Shown here: piece by piece, positions 10,815-21,494 of the stretch
Position numbering within the stretch: the first letter of the stretch is position 1
How the letters are laid out: every line of letters begins with the position of its first letter
Assembly (NCBI GenBank): GCA_963815455.1
Contig: CAWFGO010000003.1
Span: 32,001 to 96,000, forward strand
Source: an uncultured Verrucomicrobiae bacterium
GTDB taxonomy: Bacteria; Verrucomicrobiota; Verrucomicrobiia; Chthoniobacterales; UBA10450
Length of the DNA stretch: 64,000 bases
Direction of reading: 5' to 3'
Position numbers and translations under genes: made by a program
Notes under the pieces: generated by a model
Told to the model about the DNA's origin: nothing
Databases searched by the model: none
The model's input: the letters and a program-made list of their open reading frames with translations, nothing else

Positions 10815-11457
10815 GGCGAAGGTTGCCACGCTGACCAGGTGTTGAATACTAAAACGCGCAAATATTTCCGTGTCTGGGGAGCGCACGCTTCCAGCGTGCC
10901 GGTTTCGGCATCTTGCCGAAACGAACTTTAATTGGGATTGGGCCCACGAAACCCACGAACCAACGCGAAATCATACTGGATTGGCGCCGGGAGGGCGAGA
11001 CTCCGTCGGACTGTATTTCTGTAGCGGCGGTCTATGATCTCCGAATATCGCACGCCGCCACGACAAGAACAAAGACACGATTTCCTTTCTGCCTTCCCAA
11101 AGCTTGGGTTGGTGAGCGATTTAACAGAACGGAACTCCCAGACTGAATTCAATTCCGCCCGAACTGTTGGAACATAAAATATATAAACTAGGGGTCAGTC
11201 ATCGGGTCAGTCATCAATTCTTGACACGACCACCACGCTTTCGAGTGCCCGCAAATCCTATTGGGGTCATCCCGCACCCGGCGCCGGGTGGAGTACCCGA
11301 CTGAGTCGATGACCGAAGGCGTTGTGAGATAACGCCTCGCAGTTATCGGTTAATTGTTAGCGGTTATTCGTCGGCAGGGCGGAGGGCCCGATCGAGCCAC
11401 GCGCGCGGTTACTAGCTAACTTGGCGTTGAGATGAATCGCCGTATATCTTGGACGAT

Positions 11458-11874
11458 ATGAAAGCACTTCTATCCTTTCTTTGCGGCGCCGTCGTGATGC
11501 TCGGCTTCAGCACACTCCGCGGGGCCAGCGCGCAACCGCCGCACCATGTTTACGAATTGCGTATGTATCACGTGAACCCGGGCAAAATGGATGCGCTCAA
11601 AGCGCGCTTTCGCGATCATACTGATGCGATCTTTAAGCGGCATAACATGACGAGCGTCGGTTATTGGCAGCCGGAAGATGCGCCGGATTCACAGAACTTG
11701 TTTATCTACATTTTAGAACATCCGAGCCGGCAGGAGGCGAAGAAAAATTGGGCGGCTTTCCAAGCCGATCCGGAATGGAAGAAAGTGAAGGCAGAATCGG
11801 AAGCGAACGGGCCGCTGGTGGATCACATCGATCATTACTTCATGGATCCAACGAACTTTTCCGCGCTCAAGTAA
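11458..11874 (+). CDS. NIPSNAP family protein with signal peptide
   Basis: VYELRMYHVNPGKMDAL...F...W..FQADPEW. Confidence 0.9.
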   Translation: MKALLSFLCGAVVMLGFSTLRGASAQPPHHVYELRMYHVNPGKMDALKARFRDHTDAIFKRHNMTSVGYWQPEDAPDSQNLFIYILEHPSRQEAKKNWAAFQADPEWKKVKAESEANGPLVDHIDHYFMDPTNFSALK

Positions 11875-11932
11875 ACGGGGAGACGAACGAATCAATCCGT
11901 GCGTTGCGGATCAGAAATCGGAGGGCAAGGGG

Positions 11933-12951
11933 TCAGGCGCCCATGGTCAGGACGACGCGGAAACGGACTTTGCCGCTGTGCATTTGTTCGTAGGCTTCGG
12001 ACACACGGCTGAGCGGGTATTTTTCGATCATCGGGTGGACACCGGTCAACGCGCTAAATTCCAGCGTGTCCTGGGAATCTCTTGCCGTGCCTGCGTACCA
12101 GCCGCTTACCGATCGTCTGCCCGAGATCAACGACATCATGCTTACCGTCAGCGGTTCGTTAGGCGCGGCTGGCACAAGCAGGTTCCCGCTGGGCGATAAT
12201 CCATCGATCAGTTGCGGAAATTGCCTTTGCGTTCGGCGCCGTGGCCAGAATTACGCGGGCGCCGCCGAGCTTTTGCAATCCGGCGACAGGATCGACAACG
12301 TTCGTATCGATGTAACTGATGTGCGCCGAGTTTCTTCGCCAGCGGTTCTTTGTCTTTGCCGCGACCGATTGCCACGGTGTGGAATCCCATCTGCCGCGCG
12401 TACTGAACGCCGAGATGTCCGAGTCCGCCGATGCCGTGCACCGCGACCACATCTCCGGCGCGTGCGCCCGAATTCCGAAGCGCATTGTAAACGGTAACAC
12501 CGGCGCACATGAACGGCCCGGCTTCTTCCGCCGGTAATTCATCCGGGATCGCTGCCAGCGCCGCCGCGGGTGCGATCATGTAATCGGCGTAACCGCCATC
12601 GAAGTCGATTCCGGTAACCTTGCGATTGACGCACATGGCGAAATCGCCGCGCCGGCATTGGGCGCAGACGAAGCAATGTCCCCCGTGCCAGCCGACGCCG
12701 ACACGTTCGCCTTTCTGCCATTCTCTGACGTTGTCGCCGATGGCATCGATTCGTCCGGCAATCTCATGGCCCGGGACACGCGGATATTGAATCCCGGGCC
12801 AAATGCCCTCTTTCACGAGCGCATCGCTGTGGCAAATGCCGCACGCATCTACTTTCACGCGAACCTGCCCGGCGCCCGGCTCGGGGATGTCGCGTTCCAC
12901 CAATTCGAAATCTCCGCCGGGTTTGCTGATCTGGGCTGCTTTCATTTTCAT
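11933..12951 (-). CDS. Zinc-dependent alcohol dehydrogenase (frameshifted)
   Basis: CGICHSD, PGHE, CFVCAQCRRGDFAMC, GIGGLGHLG, GKVRFRVVL. Confidence 0.92.
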
Positions 12952-13045
12952 GCTCAATGATTCTGAATCGTTTCCAGTTGGTTGAAATCTAAAGTCGGCT
13001 CGACGGAGTCTCACCCTACCGAGTGTGATCGGTTTCGGGAAAGGC

Positions 13046-13582
13046 TTAGTTTCTTCGGCGAGTGGTCTCGAACAAAAACCAAGCCCGGCGCTCGGTCTCG
13101 TCGATCCAAACTTCGATCAGGCTGGCGGTGGCGACATCGCCGTGTTCGTCGCACACGTCGTGCGCTTCGCGGAGGCGTCCTACCAGCGCGCGATTGTCCT
13201 CGGCCAGCTCGGCGAGCATGTCTAACGGCTCGACGTATTCGGCGTCATTATCGGCTATCCGCTGCGTGCGCGAGATGTGCCCGATCGATCGCAGGGTGAG
13301 TCCGCCGATCTTTCGGACGCGCTCGGCGGCGGGATCGGTCATGGCGAAAAGTTGATCGGCTTGTTCGTCGAGGAGGAGGTGGTAATCGCGGAAGTGCGGC
13401 CCGCTCATGTGCCAGTGAAAATTCTTGGTCTTAACGTAGAGAGCGAACACATCGGCGAGGATTCCGTTCAACGCCGCGGCAATGTCTTTAATGGCCGGGC
13501 GCTTGAGATCGGTCGGGGTCTCGAGCGGCGCATCGCGTCTGTGAATGAGTTCGATTGTCTTTCTTGAATTGGATTTGTTCAT
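13046..13582 (-). CDS. dps: Dps family DNA starvation/stationary-phase protection protein
   Basis: KTKNFHWHMSGPHFRDYHLLLDEQ...AERVR; GGAGGA RBS upstream of the ATG at 13582. Confidence 0.92.
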   Translation of the reverse strand: MNKSNSRKTIELIHRRDAPLETPTDLKRPAIKDIAAALNGILADVFALYVKTKNFHWHMSGPHFRDYHLLLDEQADQLFAMTDPAAERVRKIGGLTLRSIGHISRTQRIADNDAEYVEPLDMLAELAEDNRALVGRLREAHDVCDEHGDVATASLIEVWIDETERRAWFLFETTRRRN

Positions 13583-13663
13583 GGTTTCCTCCGGCTGAAT
13601 TAGAGCGGTCGTCCGCAAATCAATGACGTGACTTTGCAAAGATCGACAATCTCTTGCCGAAGT

Positions 13664-14776
13664 CTAGGGGCGGACCGTTTTTCTCGACGGCAGCAGCTTG
13701 TTGACCAGGGCGTTTGTCGATTTTTCCAAAACGATGCCCCAGACGCTGAGCACGGCCAGGGTTGCCGGCATTATTATGAGTAAGAACATCCAGATCGGTT
13801 GGTCGCGAATCCGGAGCCCGAGCCAGATGACGTAAGGCTGGTGGATCAGATAGAGGCCGTAGGAATATGCGCCGACCAGGGCGAAGATTTTCGCCGGAGT
13901 CTTAAACAGGAAAATCAAACCGGCGATGCCGACAATCGCCAGACCGCAACACACGCCAGTGGCGAGATCGGCAAAAATATAAGGGACGCGGCCGTGATAA
14001 AGCAGGAGGGCGGCGGGGTAGAGGATCAGGCCAGTAATGAGACCGGGACCTCGGAGAAGAAACCATTCCACGCGTTCTTGCGATCGGCGATGCCACATTC
14101 CCACCGACATGCCCAGCGCAAATTCCGGCAGGCGACAAATCGCAAATCCGCCCAGCACCCACAATCCATTCTGCGGATAGACGACGAGCATCAGGTAACG
14201 CGCGAAAAATCCGACGGCACAAGCGACAAGCAAAAACTTCCACGGCCCGAGACGTCGGGCTCCCCAGAAGAGCAGGGGAAAGATGAGATAGAACTGGATC
14301 AGCATCGAGAAGTACCACCAGGCGGCGTTGAGGTACATGAAGTTCATCTCGATGTTGATGAAACGGAGCCCGAGCAGGCTGAGGACGATTCGGCCATCCA
14401 CCGGTTCGAGCCGCGCCACGAACGGCGAGACGAGATAAACGATATGCGCGACCCAGTACATCGGATAAAGCCGGATAAACCGCGCCCAATACCAGCCGCC
14501 CCAGCTGATCGTTCCCGATTCAGCCTTGCGCGCGGTGGATTCCATCAGCATCCAACCGCTCAGGATGATGAAAACACCGACGGCATGGAAACCGAGACCT
14601 GAAAGTTTCACCCACGCCGTTTCCAGGATCGACATCGTCGCCGCCACGAAATGATTCCAGTCCGGCGGCGGCACTTCGCCATGCTCGAAGTAAGTCGTGT
14701 AAAAGTGAAAGTAAGCGACGAACAGAATGGCCAGACCTTTTGAAATATCAAGCCAAAGAAGGCGTTTCACCGCCAA
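13664..14776 (-). CDS. Acyltransferase family 3 (OafA-like)
   Basis: LDISKGLAILFV..H, VGVFIILSG, RFIRLYP.YW, WYF...QFYL.FP, SYGLYLIH. Confidence 0.9.
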   Translation of the reverse strand: MAVKRLLWLDISKGLAILFVAYFHFYTTYFEHGEVPPPDWNHFVAATMSILETAWVKLSGLGFHAVGVFIILSGWMLMESTARKAESGTISWGGWYWARFIRLYPMYWVAHIVYLVSPFVARLEPVDGRIVLSLLGLRFINIEMNFMYLNAAWWYFSMLIQFYLIFPLLFWGARRLGPWKFLLVACAVGFFARYLMLVVYPQNGLWVLGGFAICRLPEFALGMSVGMWHRRSQERVEWFLLRGPGLITGLILYPAALLLYHGRVPYIFADLATGVCCGLAIVGIAGLIFLFKTPAKIFALVGAYSYGLYLIHQPYVIWLGLRIRDQPIWMFLLIIMPATLAVLSVWGIVLEKSTNALVNKLLPSRKTVRP

Positions 14777-14919
14777 CGGCTTATCAGCGCGAGACCGGTC
14801 TGGTCAAGGCGCACGCGTTCTCTTGTCATGTTGAGCCCTTCGGCTTCGCTCAGGACAGGCTCCGTCGCACGCCACGCCGCAGCTTTTGCGAAGGCGGGAA
14901 ACACCTCTAACTTTTCTGG

Positions 14920-15660
14920 ATGGACGTCTGGAAACCTGTCGGAGCGGTTGTCTTGCTTTTCGTAACCAGCTTCTGCGCAAACGCCGCCGCCGACGTTGTG
15001 ATCAAGAGCGGGCCCGAACGATCAAGCCTGTTGGAATTGTACACCTCCGAAGGGTGTAGCAGCTGTCCGCCGGCGGAACAATGGCTTAGCGGTTTGAAGA
15101 AGGATCCGCGGTTGTGGAACAACATCGTGCCGGTTGCGTTCCATGTGGATTACTGGGACCGGCTGGGCTGGAAAGATCGATTCGCTCAGCCCGCGTTCAC
15201 CGCACGGCAGCGCGCCTATGCAACATCCGGGGCGGTTTCGAATGTTTATACCCCGGGATTTTTGGTCGATGGCCGCGAATGGCGCGGGTGGTTTGAAAAC
15301 CAGATTTTTCCAGCGCGCACGGACCGAGTCGGATCCATCGAAGCTCGAGTCGGTTCAACGGGAGAGGTGACGGTGAATTTTTCTTCGCAAGGAAAATTTG
15401 AAGGAGGGGTGGCTCACGTCGCATGGCTCGGCTTCGATCTGAAGTCCGATGTTCGTCGCGGCGAGAACGCCGGACGCTCCTTGCGGCACGATTTTGTAGT
15501 GCTGGATCACGCGAGCGCGAAGCTGTCTAGCGACGAAAAAGGATTTTGGACGGCACGATTCGAAGCGCCAAAAACCGGCGATCACCCCGGCGCGGTTGCC
15601 ATTTGGATCCAAGGCGGTGGCAGGCGGTGCAAGCGAGCCGGCGGATGGTTAGGCCGCTAG
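14920..15660 (+). CDS. DUF1223 thioredoxin-like secreted protein
   Basis: LELYTSEGCSSCPPAE, AFHVDYWDRLGWKDRF, VYTP, GENAGR.L.HDFVV. Confidence 0.9.
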   Translation: MDVWKPVGAVVLLFVTSFCANAAADVVIKSGPERSSLLELYTSEGCSSCPPAEQWLSGLKKDPRLWNNIVPVAFHVDYWDRLGWKDRFAQPAFTARQRAYATSGAVSNVYTPGFLVDGREWRGWFENQIFPARTDRVGSIEARVGSTGEVTVNFSSQGKFEGGVAHVAWLGFDLKSDVRRGENAGRSLRHDFVVLDHASAKLSSDEKGFWTARFEAPKTGDHPGAVAIWIQGGGRRCKRAGGWLGR

Positions 15661-15770
15661 CAATTTGATGGAACGCGATCTCCGAGCGCATTGGTAAAGA
15701 AGTGCGGCTTCGCCGATGGCATTAGCATCGCGCTTGGAGGTCGCGATCCACCGCCGGACTCACACGCCGT

Positions 15771-17078
15771 TTATTGAGCCGCCGCTTCGCCGCAGGTCAA
15801 ATTTGCTGCTTTCCAATCCATGGCCATTCGAATCCGGGCCCGGCCGCTGGGATGATCGAAGAAGATGAATTCCTCCAGCGGCGTCGGATCAAGTTTGCGA
15901 TAAGTGCCGAGCTTGAGTGCGACCTGCGCCATTCCATCCGGTTCGCGCGAAGTGTTGATGCCGAACGCGTCGGCTTCACGCTCGGTCACCCGAATAGCGC
16001 TGTTGCCGATGGGTGTAAGGAGAAAATCGAACGTGATCAAAATTAGCGCCAGCATGGGCAAGCCCGCGAGGTCGGCGATGCCGCGGACGCCCCATTTTTC
16101 TCCGCGGCGGGCAATGACCCGGTCGAAAATGAATCGTCCAATCCCGAAGACGAAGAGGGCCATGATGCCGAAGTACATGGTCAGCTTCGCGCCGTGGTTG
16201 AGCACGTAATGACCCATCTCGTGGGCCATGACGATCCGGATCTCCGGCAGCGTGCATTGCTTGAGCAGGTTGTCGTTGAGGGCGATTCGCGTTGTGCCGA
16301 GAAAACCGGAGACGTTGGCGCTGACGCGCGTGGTCTGGCGGGAGGCATCGACTTCGAACACTTGTTTGACCGGTATTTCATTGGCCTGGGCCATGGCCAG
16401 GATCGGGTCGCGAATTTTTGGATCGCTCAGCGGTTTGTAAGTGTTGAAGAGCGGCTGGATATAAACGGGCCCGATGAAATTGGCAGCAAAGCTGAAAATC
16501 ACGACGACAATCGTTCCCCAAATCGGCCAGGTCCGCGGGGCGCGGCAAAAGACGGCATAGAGCCCGATGAGCAGGAGAGTGCCGCCGATCAGGCCGACCG
16601 CGAGCCCGATCAATTGCTCGCCGAACCATGGCCCGAACGTTTGCGTAGCGAGTCCGTATTGATGCTCGCGATAAAATTGCTGGTAGACCGTTAACGGAAA
16701 ACTCAACACCGCACCGATGAGAAGATAGGGAATTGCGTAAAGGACCACTTGCAACGATTTGAAGCGCGTCTTCTTTTCTGCAAAATCGCGCAACCGCGCG
16801 GAGATGCGGGATTGCAGCAGGAAGATCGAGATCGCGGCCCCGAGAAGAAAATTCCAGAGAAGCAGCCAGTAACCGCCTTCAAAATAAGCGTCCGATTTTG
16901 CCCGTTTGTCGGCGGGTACCGTATCCAGCCAGGCCCGCGTCGCTGCCGCAGGATCGGTTACGTGAACGGCTGCTGCCGGCACATCGGGCGCGGGAGATGG
17001 TGGACTTGCCTCCTCGGCAGAGATCGCGCTGACAGAGATGATACAATAAAGGAGCGCCGGAATGAGTCGCTTGATCAT
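15771..17078 (-). CDS. M48 family (Ste24-like) zinc metallopeptidase
   Basis: AHEMGH, EREADAF, FFDHPS...RI; multiple TM helices. Confidence 0.92.
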   Translation of the reverse strand: MIKRLIPALLYCIISVSAISAEEASPPSPAPDVPAAAVHVTDPAAATRAWLDTVPADKRAKSDAYFEGGYWLLLWNFLLGAAISIFLLQSRISARLRDFAEKKTRFKSLQVVLYAIPYLLIGAVLSFPLTVYQQFYREHQYGLATQTFGPWFGEQLIGLAVGLIGGTLLLIGLYAVFCRAPRTWPIWGTIVVVIFSFAANFIGPVYIQPLFNTYKPLSDPKIRDPILAMAQANEIPVKQVFEVDASRQTTRVSANVSGFLGTTRIALNDNLLKQCTLPEIRIVMAHEMGHYVLNHGAKLTMYFGIMALFVFGIGRFIFDRVIARRGEKWGVRGIADLAGLPMLALILITFDFLLTPIGNSAIRVTEREADAFGINTSREPDGMAQVALKLGTYRKLDPTPLEEFIFFDHPSGRARIRMAMDWKAANLTCGEAAAQ

Positions 17079-17198
17079 GGGTTCAAACCTATTCGACCAG
17101 GTTTCCATGTGGCGATCAATAAATACGGTCATCCTGTGCTCGGGATGACCGCTTTCATTGCGCTGGACGAAAAAGTTCCGGGAGGCCACAATTCAATC

Positions 17199-17555
17199 AT
17201 GAAAATGCTTGCGTTCCTGCTCTGCGTGTCTTTTATGGGAGCAACCTTGGCGCCGCAGACGAGGGCGGGAGAAGAGAGGGACGTCGCTCGATACGGCCCG
17301 TATCCAACCAATTACAAAGAAATCGTGACTAAATGGCTTGAAACACAGCTGCTCGATCCGAGCAGCGCACGGATCGAATGGTCGGAGGAACCAAAGCCGG
17401 CCGATTTAGGGAAAGACGGCCAGCACCTTTACGGCTACCTCGTTCACTTTAAGGTGAACGCCCGGAATCGCTTTGGCGCTTACACCGGCAAACAAACCCA
17501 CGGTGCGCTCATTCGGAACGGCGAAGTGATCAAGGGCCTCGGTTTCGGTTATTAA
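17199..17555 (+). CDS. Hypothetical secreted protein
   Basis: Signal peptide; YGPYPTNY...LLDPSSA...VNARNRFGAYTG. Confidence 0.7.
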   Translation: MKMLAFLLCVSFMGATLAPQTRAGEERDVARYGPYPTNYKEIVTKWLETQLLDPSSARIEWSEEPKPADLGKDGQHLYGYLVHFKVNARNRFGAYTGKQTHGALIRNGEVIKGLGFGY

Positions 17556-17557
17556 TT

Positions 17558-18022
17558 ATGAAAAGATCAAACTATCGATCCAATCAGTCGGGAGAAGGCC
17601 TGGTCGTCGTGATCATCCTTTTCGTTATTCTCGCCTTGGGCACATACTGGCTCTATCACAATAAATGGACCATGGACCGTGAGGCGCGGGCGTTCGGCAG
17701 GGAAATGATCGAACGGGTAGCGGTCAATCACGATCTGGCTTTCTTTCGCGACCATCTCAGCCCGCAAGCGCGCCTCGATAATCCGCCGTCGCAACAAGAA
17801 TTCATCATCTCCAAATTCACCGAGTTGGGCGTGCCGCAGCAGCCGATCAAGATCGATGAAAACGTAATATTCCAGAAAAATTTCTTCTCACCGCAAGGTT
17901 ATTTCACAGCGCACCTGTTTTATCCGACCCAGGAACTGACGGTGGAAATCGCTATTTCGCATCCGGTCGGCAAATGGCAGTTGGATAATCTGACTTACGC
18001 CAGCGGGCCGGTTGTCCAGTAA
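17558..18022 (+). CDS. Hypothetical protein with N-terminal TM anchor
   Basis: Starts 2 nt after the upstream stop; one TM followed by a soluble domain. Confidence 0.65.
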   Translation: MKRSNYRSNQSGEGLVVVIILFVILALGTYWLYHNKWTMDREARAFGREMIERVAVNHDLAFFRDHLSPQARLDNPPSQQEFIISKFTELGVPQQPIKIDENVIFQKNFFSPQGYFTAHLFYPTQELTVEIAISHPVGKWQLDNLTYASGPVVQ

Positions 18023-18081
18023 TTTCCGGGCCGGGATCAGCGATCCCGGCTACAACCACGGACCGGGGTCGGCGCCCCCGG

Positions 18082-18699
18082 CTACAGAAGCAGCCGGTCG
18101 AGCGAATCGAGGCAAATCTGCGACCAGGTCTCCATGGATTCGCGGCGGGCGATTAATTCCTGTTTTGAAAGAAACGTCAGGCCGGTGATCATGGCCTCGC
18201 GTTTTTCCACTTTCGGCTCGGCCAGTTTAAAAACGTGCACAACGCCGAGATGCACCCGGCCGACTTCGGTGGTGTCGTCGTTCAAGAGCGCGACGATCCG
18301 GTCGTCGAACTTGGTGTCGATCTCGATTTCTTCGTTCACTTCGCGTTCGACTCCTGCTCGATAAGCGGCCTCGTCCAGAGCGAAGAGCGATTCGTCGTGG
18401 TCGTTCATGTGGCCGCCGATGCCGATCGAGCCTTTCGCCACGAGCCGTTGCTCTCCGGCCTTTTTGCCGCGCACGTAATGGAGCACCTTGTCCTCAAACG
18501 CAACCAACGCGTAGGGCACGATCTGCTTGTGGGTCGGATCGTTTTCGGCCTGCGATCGCGGCAGAAATAAGTTGTTCCCGCGCGAGAGCATAGCCTTCAA
18601 ATATTTCTCCGGCTCAAAATTGAGTCCATGAAAACTACCCAGCTCGTCGAACAAGCTTCGCTTGATGACCAGGATATTTTCGTCGGGAGCACTCATCAA
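18082..18699 (-). CDS. Nudix-like predicted phosphoesterase
   Basis: ENDPTHKQIVPY, SIGIGGH, EREVNEEI, VGRVHLG, METWSQI. Confidence 0.8.
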   Translation of the reverse strand: MMSAPDENILVIKRSLFDELGSFHGLNFEPEKYLKAMLSRGNNLFLPRSQAENDPTHKQIVPYALVAFEDKVLHYVRGKKAGEQRLVAKGSIGIGGHMNDHDESLFALDEAAYRAGVEREVNEEIEIDTKFDDRIVALLNDDTTEVGRVHLGVVHVFKLAEPKVEKREAMITGLTFLSKQELIARRESMETWSQICLDSLDRLLL

Positions 18700-18940
18700 A
18701 TAAACCTAACGCAGCCTGTCATTCTGAGCGGAGCGAAGAATCCCGCGCAATCAGGAATGACGTTTTTCGGATATGTGCGGGCCATAAAGCATAGGCGAGA
18801 TGTTTCGCTTTGCTCAAACATGACGGCGCGAGCGAAGGGGCTCCATTTAACGATCGGGATGTTTTCGTTGGGTCCGTTCATGCCTGAGCGGTAGGGGAAG
18901 CTGTCAGCTTCCCCTACAAAATAATGGCTTCGCGCTTGCA

Positions 18941-19558
18941 CTAAAACGAATAGGTCGCACCGATTTGCGGCCCGAAAAGATTCAGGCTTGGGTTCGGATC
19001 GGTTTGGCCGCCATTGGAGAAATGCTCGTAGAGGACGCCGATGTCGATCTTCCATTTCTCGTTCACCTTGTAGGAAACACCGGCGGCCGACAAAATGTTA
19101 AAGGTAAAATCCTGGCCCTGTCCGCCGGGAATATTCGCGTGGCTGTCGATCCAACCCAGCCCGACGCCGCCGGACATGTAGGGGATCCATCGTCGCCCGG
19201 GCTGCACAAAATTGTATCGCGAGCCGAAATTGAATCCGAAATATCGGTGCTCGATTCCCTGGAATATCGGTTCGGCCACGGCGCTAATGTAAAACTGGTT
19301 GTAACCGCGCATCCAATTGCCGGTCTGCATCACGCCCCAGCGCACCCGGCCAGTTAAGAAGAACGCGCCGACTTGATAATCCTGCGGAGGATCGATCGCT
19401 CCAAGCAAATAGGCGGATTCGACCGCGACCTCGAACCGCGGAGGATTCAAGTCGGCCTTGGCCGGTTCCGACTCGCTAACCGATCCTCGAATACCGGCGA
19501 GAAGTTGGGCGCAAGTGACGAAAAGAGCGAACGCAGTTGAGGGAAACAGCATTTTCAT
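18941..19558 (-). CDS. Acyloxyacyl hydrolase / PagL-like lipid A 3-O-deacylase (outer-membrane beta-barrel)
   Basis: GQDFTFN, YEHFSNGG...NPSLN, C-terminal YSF. Confidence 0.8.
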   Translation of the reverse strand: MKMLFPSTAFALFVTCAQLLAGIRGSVSESEPAKADLNPPRFEVAVESAYLLGAIDPPQDYQVGAFFLTGRVRWGVMQTGNWMRGYNQFYISAVAEPIFQGIEHRYFGFNFGSRYNFVQPGRRWIPYMSGGVGLGWIDSHANIPGGQGQDFTFNILSAAGVSYKVNEKWKIDIGVLYEHFSNGGQTDPNPSLNLFGPQIGATYSF

Positions 19559-19599
19559 CCGGCGCGCTACCATAGAAAGCGTTGAGGTGATTGCAATCT

Positions 19600-19659
19600 T
19601 GTAGCGGCGCAATCTGAGCGCCGGATAAAGAATGACGACGGTCAGAGACCGCCGCTACA
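19600..19659. repeat. GTAG-type REP doublet (family A: TGTAGCGGCGGTCTCTGACCGTCG)
   Basis: Inverted pair; the same 24-mer occurs at 29189-29212 and 50353-50376, with a degenerate copy at 11020-11043. Confidence 0.75.
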
Positions 19660-20415
19660 AAATTCCGCGAGATCCTCCGGCAACGCGCTGGTCCATTCGT
19701 GTTCGCCCTCGATGGCTAGCCTTGCCGAATGCAGGGCGTGTCGCGGCAAGAGTAACCGCTTTTCGAGCTCGGACGTCCAACCGGTTTGGATGAACTGGAG
19801 ATAGAGTTGTTCGTCCGGTCCGTAAATTTTGTCACCGACGATCGGATGATCGAGCGACGATAAATGCACGCGAATTTGGTGAGTGCGGCCCGTGCGGGGA
19901 ATCGCCCGAATCAAACTGAACTTGTCGGTCCGAGCCGGTCTGGATGTCGATCTTGTGAAGCGTCGCTCGACTTGAAACTCGGTCTGGGCCGGCGCGCCGG
20001 AAGGATGAATCATCTGCTTCAACCAGATGGCCGAGGCTTGATGCTTGCCTTGCCGATCCAGTGGAGCATCGACAATGGTCTGTTCCCAGTCGGGCCAGCC
20101 CCAGACGATCGCGAGATATTGCTTCGTAAATCGGTGCTGCTGCATCAGTAGTCCGAATTTGCGGGCAGCGGCCGCCGTTTTCGCGACCAGGACCAGGCCG
20201 CTCGTTTCGCGATCGAGCCGGTTCACGATCGAAACCTGGCCGCCGCTGGCGATCTCAAATGCAAGCAAATCGCGCAATTCTTTCCACAAGGTCCGAGGGC
20301 CGTCAGGTTTTGTCGGGTGGATCAGCAGAAACGGCGGTTTGTCGACCACCACGTAGTTGTCCGTTTCATCGAGTATTTTGAAATCGAGTGAAGGCACAGA
20401 AGGAAAGCATTCCAC
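19642..20415 (-). CDS. RluA-family pseudouridine synthase
   Basis: VVDKP, NRLDRETSG, TGRTHQIRVH, HPIVGDKIYG, HALHS. Confidence 0.93.
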   Translation of the reverse strand: MECFPSVPSLDFKILDETDNYVVVDKPPFLLIHPTKPDGPRTLWKELRDLLAFEIASGGQVSIVNRLDRETSGLVLVAKTAAAARKFGLLMQQHRFTKQYLAIVWGWPDWEQTIVDAPLDRQGKHQASAIWLKQMIHPSGAPAQTEFQVERRFTRSTSRPARTDKFSLIRAIPRTGRTHQIRVHLSSLDHPIVGDKIYGPDEQLYLQFIQTGWTSELEKRLLLPRHALHSARLAIEGEHEWTSALPEDLAEFCSGGL

Positions 20416-20574
20416 GATGTCGGCATGCGCACACTAAGCGGTTTGAGCGCGGAGGCGCGCAGCATTTCGGTGCCTGGCCAAGGTGAGGTCGTCTTCGCGG
20501 CAACCGGCAAGAAATTACAGCGAGGATACCGCCTAACGACAGGCGATCTCCGATCACGCCTTTGAGCGAGGCGT

Positions 20575-21321
20575 CTAGGCCGACTTGCGTAGCAAACGGC
20601 GCGCGATCAAGACGACCCCAATGCCGGCCAGAAGAAGACTGCTCGGCTCTGGAACGGCGTTGACTCGCAGCACCAGATTCGCCGCGCTTTGTGCCGGTCC
20701 ACCCAGAACGGGGTGCGACATGCCCAGGAGCGTGGCGTTGGCTGTGTTGTCAAGATCGTACGATCCCCCCATTGTCGGCCCAACATCGAAGAATGACCGC
20801 AGCTGATTTGGCGGCGATGGACCCGGCGTGAACATATCGTCCACAAACGGGAAGGTCGATCCGTTGACGCCGCGGATTAAAAGGGCGGCGTAAAAAATCT
20901 GGCCGGTGGACAGGTCGATCGGTGTCGCAAAGTTAATTGTTTGCAGCGTACCGGTGACGGCGTTGGTCAGAATCACCGTATTCGTCGCGGGAACGATGCG
21001 AACCAGGCCGCTCGGGTCGGTCAGGCTGGTTCCAGTGTAGAGCGCGACAGTTACCTGGAGTGTCAATGTCGTTACGGGCGGTTGAGCGTTGCCCAACGCG
21101 AACGTGATCGAATTGATCCGGGTGCCACCAGCAATCGTCTGAAAGCTGTTGGCCACCCAGCAATCCTCAGTTTCCGTTCCGGCGCTGTTGTTAAAAATCT
21201 CGTATTGCGTTGTTCCCGAGGGCGGCCACCCGTCTACCTGGTATGTGACTTGTGCGCGAACGCACGGCACAGCCATCAATAAAATGGCTACGGCAAATGC
21301 AAATCGAAGTGATTTTTCCAT
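20575..21321 (-). CDS. PEP-CTERM sorting-domain surface protein
   Basis: Signal peptide; C-terminal VPEPSSLLLAGIGVVLIARRLLRK. Confidence 0.9.
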   Translation of the reverse strand: MEKSLRFAFAVAILLMAVPCVRAQVTYQVDGWPPSGTTQYEIFNNSAGTETEDCWVANSFQTIAGGTRINSITFALGNAQPPVTTLTLQVTVALYTGTSLTDPSGLVRIVPATNTVILTNAVTGTLQTINFATPIDLSTGQIFYAALLIRGVNGSTFPFVDDMFTPGPSPPNQLRSFFDVGPTMGGSYDLDNTANATLLGMSHPVLGGPAQSAANLVLRVNAVPEPSSLLLAGIGVVLIARRLLRKSA

Positions 21322-21381
21322 GCTTTTCTTTCCTTTCCCTTCCCTGTGATGCCGGCGTGTAGCCGTTAACGTCTGGGGCGG

Positions 21382-21410
21382 ATTAGATCAAGACGCCTGG
21401 CAAATGTCAA
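21382..21410 (-). promoter_or_regulatory. Putative sigma70 promoter of the PEP-CTERM gene
   Basis: TTGACA-N17-TCTAAT on the minus strand. Confidence 0.5.
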
Positions 21411-21494
21411 GCTTCTCCGCCCCGATTCGTTGACTTGACCTCATCGGCAAAACCGATTTATCTAGACAGCCCAACTTTTACCCGGGAGACAGCC

